A DNA stretch of 64,000 nucleotides from positions 313,968,001-314,032,000 of the forward strand of contig OZ024741.1 of NCBI GenBank assembly GCA_964016885.1, written 5' to 3'. The notes below the pieces were generated by a model. It was not told where the DNA came from. It saw only the letters and a list, made by a program, of their open reading frames with translations, and did no database searches. This DNA comes from Eledone cirrhosa. Taxonomy: Eukaryota. Shown here piece after piece: positions 51,400-64,000 of this stretch (the stretch's first letter is position 1; each line of letters starts with the position of its first letter). The position numbers were made by a program, and so were the translations under genes.

Positions 51400-53990
51400 A
51401 GAATGAATGAAAGTTTGAGGAATTATACAGGAAGTTCAAAATAACAAAAAAGGAATTGGATGTTGTTTTAAAAGAGTTGAAACACAGACGTAGCGTGACA
51501 GCAGCAAACTTCACAAAATACGAATAAAGAATAGCTAATTTCACTGAGAACTGAACATTCAAGACTGAGTAGGAAAGGTTTTAACAAGAAGTTAAGGGTG
51601 GAGAATTTTGGAAAAAAGGGATTAATTCCGGAAGTAAAAAAAAGTATAAAACATGGCGAATATTAGCAGTGTAGATAAAGAACATAATGCTGGTGCAGTG
51701 TCGTTAACCCACATCAAACATGAAATGACAGGTACCTTGAAAACTCAGATGTAATCACAGGTAAAATGGTGAGTAGCATTGTTGAAAAATTCCAGATTTG
51801 AAAGGGCCTGGACCAGATGGGGTTTTAGAGTATTTGCTAGATATTTCAAATCAGTCCACATGAAGACAGCACTAGTGCTCAATGAAGTGATAAACAGTTC
51901 AAATCCTATACCAAGTTGGAATACCCGAAGAAGAACTATTCTGTGCTATTCAATGCTGTTGACAGTTTTCGGCCAATATAATGTCTACCTATGATATGAA
52001 AACTAATGACCGTAATGTTGGCTTCAAATATCTAATCATTTATGGATGCTGGAAATAACGTTGCAGAATAAAAAGGAGTTATAGATGAAGGAGAAGAGGT
52101 CCTAAAAATCAACTGCTATTCGATAAAGCATTACTGTAATATTGTAAGAAAATACTTACAAAGTTGTCTATGGTGTGGGTGGATTATCGAAAATCATACG
52201 AGGTTTCCTCCTACAGCTGAACATTAGAATGCCTAAGGGTATTTGGTAAATCGGAGAATGTGATAAGTCTTATAAAGAACAGTGTGGCGTCATGGTAAAC
52301 AAAACTGAGCTCTGCCAGGAGAGTGCTCGGAGAGCTGGACATGAAAAGAGGAATTCTTCAAGACGATAGCTTATCTCCTCTTTGGTCCGTGCTATGATAG
52401 CTCTTTCGTAGTTGTTGAGGAGAACTGATATGGGATATGAAAGATGAAATGACAGTTTAATATCAATGATTTAATGTTTATGGATAATCGTAAGTGGTTT
52501 GTAATGAGCTAGGAGCAAATTGACTCATTAATAAGGACGGTCTAGCTCTTCATTAAAGTTACTGGCATGGAATTTGGCATACAGAATTGGTGCACATTAG
52601 TACGGAAGAGAGGTGACAGGTAGGCCTGATGAATGTTATTGATGAGAATAGTTATATGTATCAAAGGAGTTTGTTAATAGATAAGATAAATGAGATCGAG
52701 ATGAAAGAATCAGTTAAAAGTGAATATTATTGAACAGTAGGATTGATCTTAAATAAGAATTGGATGGAAGGAACAAAACGTTGTTCATAAACATATGGGC
52801 TGTTTCAGTATTGGGATATGAAGCAGAAGTACTAAGGAGGACAAAAGATAAGATCAAGAGATTAATCAGGAAAACCAGGAAGGGGAGGGGGGTGGCAATG
52901 TTTGGAGCATTCAATGTAAACATTTATGTAAACAGATTGTATACAGCAAGAATCAATGGAGGTATTGGGCATATTGCATTTGCTGACTGTATAAGAAGCC
53001 AGAAAAATGGATTTGGTAGGTAGAATAAAAATAACAATACAAATTTCATACTGGTGTCAGACAAAGAACAACCGAAGGAAGATAAGATAAGAAAATGGGA
53101 AGAGAAAAAGACGCAAGACTAATCTATTAGAAATATGAAAAGAGAGACAATTATAGGATAGACAGTTATACAGAATTGTAGGATAGACAAAGAAAAATGT
53201 TGAACCTGGGTTAAGAAATCAGTCTTGAAGGTTGGAACAGAAGCTTTGATCTATGGAGCAGGATTCACGAACTATGTGAAATTGACCATACAGAAGAGTC
53301 TCCATTTTGCAGATTATGTAGATTAACTAGTACAAGGGTGGCCTATATAATTAGAGCGTGTAGTGAACTGGCTAAAGCGGGGTACAAGATGATACACAAT
53401 AATATCATCCGACGTTTGCATTGGGAACTGTGTGCAAGGCTTGGGCTGCAGAGACCACAAATATGGTATGAGCACAATCCTAAGGCTGCTGTAGAAACAC
53501 AAAGTTTGAAGCTTTTATGGGACTTCAACTTACATTTTGATGAGAATATCACAGCAAGAAAACCTGATATAATCCGGTTACACAAGAAGAAAAGACATTG
53601 TCTTTTAATTGGCATTGCCGTACCTGAAATTAAAAAAGGTAGTAGAAAACGAGGATGAAAAGAATGAAAAGTATCAAACACTGAAATATGTAATATAGTG
53701 AAATCGGAAACTACATAGAATGGAGATCATTCTGGTGGTTATTGGAACACTTGACTCTCAAAATTAGATTTCAATGAGAGGTGCTGATATGTGTCATAAA
53801 ATACCTCAAAATACTCTAGTCCTGAGAACAATCAGAATTTCGAGAAGGGTACTACAGATGTATTGGTTGATGAGGAACTTAGTTATGGCCTATTCATGCA
53901 GACGACTAATTTTGACGACAGAACATCAGTCTAAATATAAAGAAAATGAATATAATGACTATAATGAGCATAATGATGAAGATGATGATC
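51400..53990 (+). mobile_element. Old R4/Dong-like RLE element (third family), heavily decayed
   Basis: WVDYRKSY, GILQDDSLSPL, HNNIIRRLHWELC..WYEH.P..LLWDF..RKPDII; decayed (TAA/TGA) tail. Confidence 0.8.
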
Positions 53991-54004
53991 ATGATTTCTA
54001 TATT

Positions 54005-54175
54005 ATGGCTAAGGCCAGCAATCTTGGAGGTATGTATCGATTACATTCACCTAGTACTTGAAGGATACTTCATTCTATCGACTTGCAAGACTGAACTGCA
54101 AAGTTGACCTCAGCAGGATTTGAACTCATAAAGGGCCGTAACTTAATTCCGAAAAGTATTTTCTCGGAATCTCTA
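54005..54175 (-). mobile_element. Older copy of the tRNA-derived SINE
   Basis: aaggccagcaat..tatcgac..caaagttgacctc..ggatttgaactca shared with the 22798 and 34424 copies. Confidence 0.75.
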
Positions 54176-54699
54176 TCTCTATTAGCTTTCATCATTACAA
54201 AGAAACATTAGGAGGAAATCCTAAACAAGTCTCTTTCGCTATGTACGCGTGTGAATTCATGTGCACATAGATATACGTGTATGAGTGTGTGCGTGAGTGT
54301 ATGTGAAAAAATAATGTATACATTTTTAGACCTTAGGTAGAAACTAGATGATTTGTAGAAATATTGATGATGGTTTCTTTAACACACCACATTTTGTACT
54401 AAAGTGGTATTTTCAGCCTGTTCTCTTGAATTGGTAGAAATAGTAGCTGTGAATTCTATGAATCACACCATAGGTTCTTGAAAATACTTTTTGTATATTA
54501 TATTTTATAGTATACCGTCTCAGAAAAAGAATCTGCACTGTCATGGCTTGAATATATTTTATAATATATCAACATTAACCACATCAGAATCAGCAAAAAT
54601 ATATATAACTTCAACAACAACTACTAAAACACTGTAGGAATTAAATCAGAACTTACTTTCAGTATTACTGGTATAAATGCTTATTTGAGATATGCTGTA

Positions 54700-55360
54700 T
54701 TTTCTTTTAAGTGTAGTTTGCCACATATTGGGATATGACATCTTTGTAGACGTGCATGAACCATGCATTGGTTCAGAATCCATATTTCCGTCTACAGCGA
54801 GGCTAGAATTCGTGGGTGAAACCCGTTTCTCACATTCACATTTGCAGTTGAATATAACCGTTGAGATACTCCCAAGGATAGATCCTTGAGTCGTAGGTCT
54901 ACGAAGGGCAATGTTATCTAAACAAAGTAGATAGGCGGGTGAATTAATACGAAGCTTTGTGGAAGGTGTTGTGGGCTGTTTAGTGGGCGTATTTGAGGAT
55001 AGTTTGGGTGCTCGTTTGGAGGGTAGTTTAATAGATAATTCTATTGGTTATTTAATGGCTGGTTTTGTAGGTAGTTTGGTGGGGGATTAGATTGGTGGTT
55101 TTGTTGGTTGTTTAATGGGTAGTTTGGTGGGTAGTTTAATTGGTGGTGTGTTTAATTGGTAGGTGGTTTCCTTAGTGTTTTAGAGAAAGGTTCGATGCCT
55201 TGTTTGGTAGGTGTTTTGTTAGATGGTTAGTAGGCAGTGCCAATGACTCGTTATAATTAGAGCTTTCGAGATTGGTGAATAGAAATAAGGAAGATATCCT
55301 TCATCAGGAGAACTCGTACCAAGGTTTGGAACATAGTGAGGTCTCATAAAACACCATAGA
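54700..55360 (-). mobile_element. CR1-like LINE 3' relic interrupted by a low-complexity (ggtagttt) tract
   Basis: RPHY..P, L.S.NY.E.L and RNGF..RI resemble CR1 C-terminal motifs. Confidence 0.4.
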
Positions 55361-55479
55361 GCCAATTATTATAGGGGTTACATTTGTGTTTATGGTGTTT
55401 TGTACATTAATCGCGTTGTTTGCTGTTCATTGATTTGTTTGCTATTGTGTATTTTTCTGTTATGTCTAATTCTTAGATA

Positions 55480-55700
55480 TCCATAATTAATATTTCCTAT
55501 GTTTTGTGTTATGTTTTTGCTTGTTGTGTAAGGGAGTTTAATCGTCTGTCGATTAAAAATTCCACTGTACTTGTGTGATTTTGGAAAACACTTATCTAAC
55601 GCGTCAAAGAAAATTCTAGCTATGTTTTTTGTAGTACTAAGGAGTTGGGTTGGTTATATCATAGAGCGGAACGGTTCCTCACCCTCTTATTTAATTTCAT
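55480..55700 (-). mobile_element. Penelope RT C-terminal fragment
   Basis: ARIFFDALDKCFPKSHKYSGIFNRQTIKLPY matches AKIFLSLITKYFPPTHKYSKIFNRNTINIFY of the 28.8 kb PLE. Confidence 0.75.
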
Positions 55701-57176
55701 TGTGGAAGTCGAATTAGATTTAGTGAAAGCTGGGTTTAACAAGTCTCTCTTGTTTTGGTTTTGGTTACATCTATCATTATTATTACCATTAATGTGTGTC
55801 TGTTCGGGTTATGTCATTGGTTTGTTTGGGTCTATGTGTGGTTGTATTCTATTTTGTCATGGTAACCAGCTCTAGCTAACACATCATTGAAGTAACTAGC
55901 CTTGCTATCGAAGATAGCAAGCGTAAAAAGTAAAGAAAAATAAGACAGCCCCCTACCGAAAGAAAGGCAAAAAAAACATTACTTCATATTTCATGATATT
56001 TGGAAGTTAGTGTAATTTAAAAAAAAAGAAAGAAGGTTTTCTTCGTAGATATTGGTTCGGAGGGGTGATGACAATTGTCTTCATGTACCTTGTGTCTGCC
56101 GTTTATAAAATAGTAAATCTATTGATTAATATAGCTTCTTCGATACGCAAGTGACCGTGTCTTGCAGTAGGATTTCTATGTTAACTTTGATATATTTCGT
56201 GTGACATTTCACTAGGTGAATTTTATCAGAGTAATTACTCATATACAAATGTCTTTTAATCTGATTAGTTAATGCGTGGAGATCCACGGGCACAATTCCA
56301 CGTAGTGGAGGAGGGCAGCTAGTTTGTGTACATATGTTGTTGATATGTTTGAAAAATAGTATTCCCAGGGTAGTCACTGAGTGTACTAGTTCTATTTTCA
56401 GCTCCTCGCTAGAAATCACTTGACATGGTGCAACGGTATACCACTCGGGGAAGTGTGTCAGCTTTGTATACTATATGCCATTCTTAACAATACGCTAAAC
56501 TTGATTGTTTATTGCATCTTGGAAAGTTGATTTCTTCCAGGAATTGTTGGAAATCTTAGGTGGCTTTCGTAGCCTCGTTACACCTGTTTTGCCTCCAGAA
56601 GATTAGGTGCCGTACGCAGGAATGTTTTTTGCTTTTGGCGGGTGGTTTGAATGACTGAATCGTAGTGTCTGTATGATTACTTCCTTAAAGAATTCAGTAT
56701 GTGACGTCATGCAAGAAGAGTGATTCTGTGTTATCAGAATGCTTCACTCCAAATATTATGTGGTTCTCAATGTTGTTGGGAATGTTGTGGCTCCCAATGG
56801 TGTTGGCAATGTTACGGCTATGAATTTAGCTGGCAATTTTGTGGTTGTCAATGTTGTTGAAAAAGCATGTGAATGTCATCCACATACATGGATAAAAGAA
56901 CAACATCATCGGTAACTACTGAGTCGCAGTTTTATGTCGGAGTTATCCCAGTTTCCTGAGTTGCCATCTCCTAGAAGAGCGCACTGGCAAATGCAAGGGA
57001 TCGTTCACTTCACTCCCAGGGGTTTAACAGCGCGATCGGGTATCCATCTCGATTATTCTATCTTCGCGCGCATATACATACATATGTATACATATACACA
57101 TATATACATATACACATATGTAAATACAAGTATGTATGTATACATCCATACATATATGTATACAGACGTACAGTAG

Positions 57177-57292
<116 letters not shown>

Positions 57293-57441
57293 CAGGCACA
57301 CATATGTATATGTACGTATCAGTTTAGCGAACATTTATTATAATGATCGCTTTGTTCGTTTGTAAACAAACGGAGAGCCTGATTTATGCCGTACGGTGTT
57401 AAGGCAACCACGTCACCTTTTTGTTCAACACTGACACAGGA

Positions 57442-57484
57442 ACGATGTACTAGTTTCAAGCTTGTTAGCTATCGTCAGCACCGT
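57442..57484 (-). ncRNA. Minimal type I hammerhead ribozyme, array unit 1
   Basis: ACGGUG CUGACGA U-AGCU-aaca-AGCU-U GAAA CUAG UA CAUCGU: 6-bp stem I, conserved core, palindromic stem III ACUAGU, GUA site. Confidence 0.72.
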
Positions 57485-57718
57485 ATACCCTTCTGCCAGA
57501 TGGTTGAATGTTCGAAAGTATATACTTTCCTTATGAAAATTAACGGCTGAGCAGCCTAATTTGCATATCGAGTGAGTTCAGTCGGCCAGGCGCACCGAAA
57601 ACGATAAATGGAATAGAATGAAACGAAATTTCATTTCTCACTCCTAGTGCGGCACTTATTTAAATGTAAGTATGTATGTATACGTACATATATATATGTA
57701 TACAGACGTACAGTAGCA

Positions 57719-57762
<44 letters not shown>

Positions 57763-57911
57763 CAGGCACACATATATATATGTTCGTATCAGTTTAGCGA
57801 ACATTTATTATAATGTTCGCTTTGTTCGTTCGTGAACAAACGGAGAGCCCGATTTATGCCGTACGGTGTTAAGGCAACCACGTCACCTTTTTGTTCAACA
57901 CTGACACAGGA

Positions 57912-57954
57912 ACGATGTACTAGTTTCAAGCTTGTTAGCTATCGTCAGCACCGT
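57912..57954 (-). ncRNA. Minimal type I hammerhead ribozyme, array unit 2
   Basis: Identical motif to unit 1. Confidence 0.72.
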
Positions 57955-58188
57955 ATACCCCTCTGCCAGATGGTTGAACGTTCGAAAGTATATAGTTTCC
58001 TTATGAAAATTAACGGCTGAGCAGCCTAATTTGCATATCGAGTGAGTTCAGTCGGCCAGGCTCACCGAAAACGATAAATGGAATAGAATAAAACGAAATT
58101 TCATTTCTCACTCTTAGTACGGCACTTACTTAAATGTAAGTATGTATGTATAAGTACATACATATATATATACAGACGTACGGTAGCA

Positions 58189-58269
<81 letters not shown>

Positions 58270-58419
58270 TTATATATATATACATACAGGCACACATATA
58301 TATATGTTCGTATCAGTTTAGTGAACATTTATTATAATGTTCGCTTTGTTCGTTCGTAAACAAACGGAGAGCCCGATTTATGCAACCAAGTCACCTTTTT
58401 GTTCAACACTGACACAGGA

Positions 58420-58462
58420 ACGATGTACTAGTTTCAAGCTTGTTAGCTATCGTCAGCACCGT
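58420..58462 (-). ncRNA. Minimal type I hammerhead ribozyme, array unit 3
   Basis: Identical motif to unit 1. Confidence 0.72.
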
Positions 58463-58695
58463 ATACCCCTCTGCCAGATGGTTGAACGTTCGAAAGTATA
58501 TACTTTCCTTATGAAAATTAACGGCTGAACAGCCTAATTTGCATATCGAGTGAGTTCAGTCGGCCAGGCGCACCGAAAACGATAAATGGAATAGAATGAT
58601 ACGAAATTTCATTTCTCACTCTTAAGACGGCACTTACTTAAATGTAAGTATGTATGTATAAGTACATACAAATATGTGTACAGACGTACAGTAGC

Positions 58696-58871
<176 letters not shown>

Positions 58872-59319
58872 TTATATATATATATATACATACAGGCACA
58901 CATATATATATATGTTCGTATCAGTTTAGCGAACATTTATTATAATGTTCGCTTTGGTCGTTTGTAAACAAACGGACAGCCCGATTTATGCCGTACGGTG
59001 TTAAGGCAACCACGTCACCTTTTTGTTCAACACTGACATAGGAACCATGTACTAGTTTCAAGCTTGTTAGTTATCGTCAGCACCGTATACCCCTCTGCCA
59101 GATGGTTGAACGTTCGAAAGTATATACTTTCCTTATGAAAATTAACGGCTGAACAGCCTAATTTGCATATCGAGTGAGTTCAGTCGGCCAGGCGCACCGA
59201 AAACGATAAATGGAATAGAATGATACGAAATTTCATTTCTCACTCTTAAGACGGCACTTACTTAAATGTAAGTATGTATGTATAAGTACATACAAATATG
59301 TGTACAGACGTACAGTAGC

Positions 59320-59513
<194 letters not shown>

Positions 59514-59964
59514 TTATATATATATATATACATACAGGCACACATATATATATATGTTCGTATCAGTTTAGCGAACATTTATTATAATGTTCGCTTTGGT
59601 CGTTTGTAAACAAACGGACAGCCCGATTTATGCCGTACGGTGTTAAGGCAACCACGTCACCTTTTTGTTCAACACTGACATAGGAACCATGTACTAGTTT
59701 CAAGCTTGTTAGTTATCGTCAGCACCGTATACCCCTCTGCCAGATGGTTGAACGTTCGAAAGTATATACTTTCCTTATGAAAATTAACGGCTGAGCAGCC
59801 TAATTTGCATATCGAGTCAGTTCAGTCGGCCAGGCGCACCGAAGACGATAAATGGAATAGAATGAAACGAAATTTCATTTCTCACTCTTAGTCGGCACTT
59901 ACTTAAATGTAAGTATGTATGTATAAGTACATACATATATGCATACAGACGTACAGTAGCATGC

Positions 59965-60073
<109 letters not shown>

Positions 60074-60235
60074 GTATATATACATACAGGCACACATATG
60101 TATATGTACGTATCAGTTTAGCGAACATTTATTATAATGTTCGCTTTGTTCGTTCGTAAACAAACGGACAGCCTGATTTATGCTGTACGGTGTTAAGGCA
60201 ACCACGTCACCTTTTTGTTCAACACTGACACAGGA

Positions 60236-60278
60236 ACGATGTACTAGTTTCAAGCTTGTTAGCTATCGTCAGCACCGT
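60236..60278 (-). ncRNA. Minimal type I hammerhead ribozyme, array unit 6
   Basis: Identical motif to unit 1; other units carry stem I, II or III substitutions but keep CUGACGA and GAAA. Confidence 0.7.
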
Positions 60279-60511
60279 ATACCCTTCTGCAAGATGGTTG
60301 AATGTTCGAAAGTATATACTTTCCTTATGAAAATTAACGGCTGAGCAGCCTAATTTGCATATCGAGTGAGTTCAGTCGCCAGGCGCACCGAAAGCGATAA
60401 ATGGAATAGAATGAAACGAAATTTTATTTCTCACTCTTAGTACGGCACTTACTTAAATGTAAGTATGTATGTATAAGTACATACATATATGTATACAGAC
60501 GTACAGTAGCA

Positions 60512-60642
<131 letters not shown>

Positions 60643-61051
60643 ATGTTCGTATCAGTTTAGCGAACATTTATTATAATGTTTGCTTTGGTCGTTTGTAAAC
60701 AAACGGACAGCCCGATTTATGCCGTACGGTGTTAAGGCAACCACGTCACCTTTTTGTTCAACACTGACACAGGAACGATGTACTAGTTTCAAGCATGTTA
60801 GCTATCGTCAGCACCGTATACCCTTCTGCCAGATGGTTGAATGTTCGAAAGTATATACTTTCCTTATGAAAATTAACCGCTAAGCAGTCTAATTTGCATA
60901 TCGAGTGAGTTCAGTCGGCCAGGCGCACCGAAAACGATAAATGGAATAGAATGAAACGAAATTTCATTTCTCACTCTTAGTACGGCACTTACTTAAATGT
61001 AAGTATGTATGTATAAGTACATACATATATGTATACAGACGTACAGTAGCA

Positions 61052-61126
<75 letters not shown>

Positions 61127-61548
61127 GCACACCTATATATATGTTCGTATCAGTATAGCGAACATTTATTATAATGTTCGCTTTGTTCGTTCGTAAACAA
61201 ACGGACAGCCTGATTTATGCTGTACGGTGTTAAGGCAACCACGTCACCTTTTTGTTCAACACCGACACAGGAACGATGTACTAATTTCAAGCTTGTTAGC
61301 TATCGTCAGCACCGTTTACCCCTCTGCCAGATGGTTGAACGTTCGAAAGTATATACTTTCCTTATGAAAATTAACGGCTGAACAGCCTTATTTGCATATC
61401 GAGTGAGTTCAGTCGGCCAGGCGCACCGAAAACGATAAATGGAATAGAATGATACGAAATTTCATTTCTCACTCTTAAGACGGCACTTACTTAAATGTAA
61501 GTATGTATGTATAAGTACATACAAATATGTGTACAGACGTACAGTAGC

Positions 61549-61744
<196 letters not shown>

Positions 61745-62195
61745 TTATATATATATATATACATACAGGCACACATATATATATATGTTCGTATCAGTTT
61801 AGCGAACATTTATTATAATGTTCGCTTTGGTCGTTTGTAAACAAACGGACAGCCCGATTTATGCCGTACGGTGTTAAGGCAACCACGTCACCTTTTTGTT
61901 CAACACTGACATAGGAACCACGTACTAGTTTCAAGCTTGTTAGTTATCGTCAGCACCGTATACCCCTCTGCCAGATGGTTGAACGTTCGAAAGTATATAC
62001 TTTCCTTATGAAAATTAACGGCTGAGCAGCCTAATTTGCATATCGAGTCAGTTCAGTCGGCCAGGCGCACCGAAGACGATAAATGGAATAGAATGAAACG
62101 AAATTTCATTTCTCACTCTTAGTCGGCACTTACTTAAATGTAAGTATGTATGTATAAGTACATACATATATGCATACAGACGTACAGTAGCATGC

Positions 62196-62297
<102 letters not shown>

Positions 62298-62735
62298 GTA
62301 TATATACATACAGGCACACATATGTATATGTACGTATCAGTTTAGCGAACATTTATTATAATGTTCGCTTTGTTCGTTCGTAAACAAACGGACAGCCTGA
62401 TTTATGCTGTACGGTGTTAAGGCAACCACGTCACCTTTTTGTTCAACACTGACACAGGAACGATGTACTAGTTTCAAGCTTGTTATCTATCGTCAGCACC
62501 GTATACCCTTCTGCAAGATGGTTGAATGTTCGAAAGTATATACTTTCCTTATGAAAATTAACGGCTGAGCAGCCTAATTTGCATATCGAGTGAGTTCAGT
62601 CGCCAGGCGCACCGAAAGCGATAAATGGAATAGAATGAAACGAAATTTTATTTCTCACTCTTAGTACGGCACTTACTTAAATGTAAGTATGTATGTATAA
62701 GTACATACATATATGTATACAGACGTACAGTAGCA

Positions 62736-62854
<119 letters not shown>

Positions 62855-63263
62855 ATGTTCGTATCAGTTTAGCGAACATTTATTATAATGTTTGCTTTGG
62901 TCGTTTGTAAACAAACGGACAGCCCGATTTATGCCGTACGGTGTTAAGGCAACCACGTCACCTTTTTGTTCAACACTGACACAGGAACGATGTACTAGTT
63001 TCAAGCATGTTAGCTATCGTCAGCACCGTATACCCTTCTGCCAGATGGTTGAATGTTCGAAAGTATATACTTTCCTTATGAAAATTAACCGCTAAGCAGT
63101 CTAATTTGCATATCGAGTGAGTTCAGTCGGCCAGGCGCACCGAAAACGATAAATGGAATAGAATGAAACGAAATTTCATTTCTCACTCTTAGTACGGCAC
63201 TTACTTAAATGTAAGTATGTATGTATAAGTACATACATATATGTATACAGACGTACAGTAGCA

Positions 63264-63336
<73 letters not shown>

Positions 63337-63760
63337 GCACACCTATATATATGTTCGTATCAGTATAGCGAACATTTATTATAATGTTCGCTTTGTTCGT
63401 TCGTAAACAAACGGACAGCCTGATTTATGCTGTACGGTGTTAAGGCAACCACGTCACCTTTTTGTTCAACACCGACACAGGAACGATGTACTAATTTCAA
63501 GCTTGTTAGCTATCGTCAGCACCGTTTACCCCTCTGCCAGATGGTTGAACGTTCGAAAGTATATACTTTCCTTATGAAAATTAACGGCTGAGCAGCCTAA
63601 TTTGCATATCGAGTGAGTTCAGTCGGCCAGGCCCACCGAAAACGATAAATGGAATAGAATGAAACGAAATTTCATTTCTCACTCTTAGAGCGGCACTTAC
63701 TTAAATGTAAGTATGTATGTATAAGTACATACATATATGTATACAGACGTACAGTAGCAT

Positions 63761-63833
<73 letters not shown>

Positions 63834-64000
63834 CATACAGGCACACATATATATATGTACGTATCAGTTTAGAGAACATTTATTATAATGTTCGCTTTGT
63901 TCGTTTGTAAACAAACGGACAGCCTGGTTTAAGCCGTACGGTGTTAAGGCAACCACGTCACCTTTTTGTTCAACACTGACACAGGAACGATGTACTAGTT

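Noticed and set aside
55900-57070. Possible decayed LINE ORF1 and 5' end on the minus strand
   Set aside because: Only vague similarity to the Tx1 ORF1; no diagnostic motif.
57330-57620. Array unit as a tandem snRNA gene (U1, U4atac, U6atac-like words, octamer)
   Set aside because: Only 7-13 nt word matches; no Sm site or full snRNA fold. The hammerhead reading explains the conserved motif better.

Overview
Eukaryotic, AT- and microsatellite-rich, almost entirely transposon-derived DNA. The tRNA-derived SINE type and the (TA)n/(TG)n load suggest a cephalopod (octopus-like) genome; this is inference. 1-25 kb is a cluster of RLE-type (R4/Dong-like) non-LTR retrotransposons ending in (TAA)n, separated by a recurring ~0.4-1.3 kb spacer, with a full-length Tx1/L1-clade element nested antisense in one TAA tail. 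27-40 kb holds Penelope-like elements (PLEs) with inverted terminal copies and hammerhead ribozymes, an RTE 3' fragment, SINEs and a second Tx1. A probable host terminal exon (42.6-43.4 kb) encodes an acidic T-E-E-K repeat ending in a CaaX-like CRLI. 43.5-57 kb has more Tx1, MITE, PLE, R4 and CR1 relics. The best candidate for a novel system is 57.1-64 kb: a tandem array of at least 13 units (~430 bp core plus variable (TA)n). Each unit carries on the minus strand a minimal type I hammerhead fold with a palindromic stem III, several hairpins and an octamer/TATA-like cassette, i.e. a retrozyme or newt-satellite-2-like ribozyme satellite with a 4-unit higher-order repeat. All RNA folds were derived by eye.
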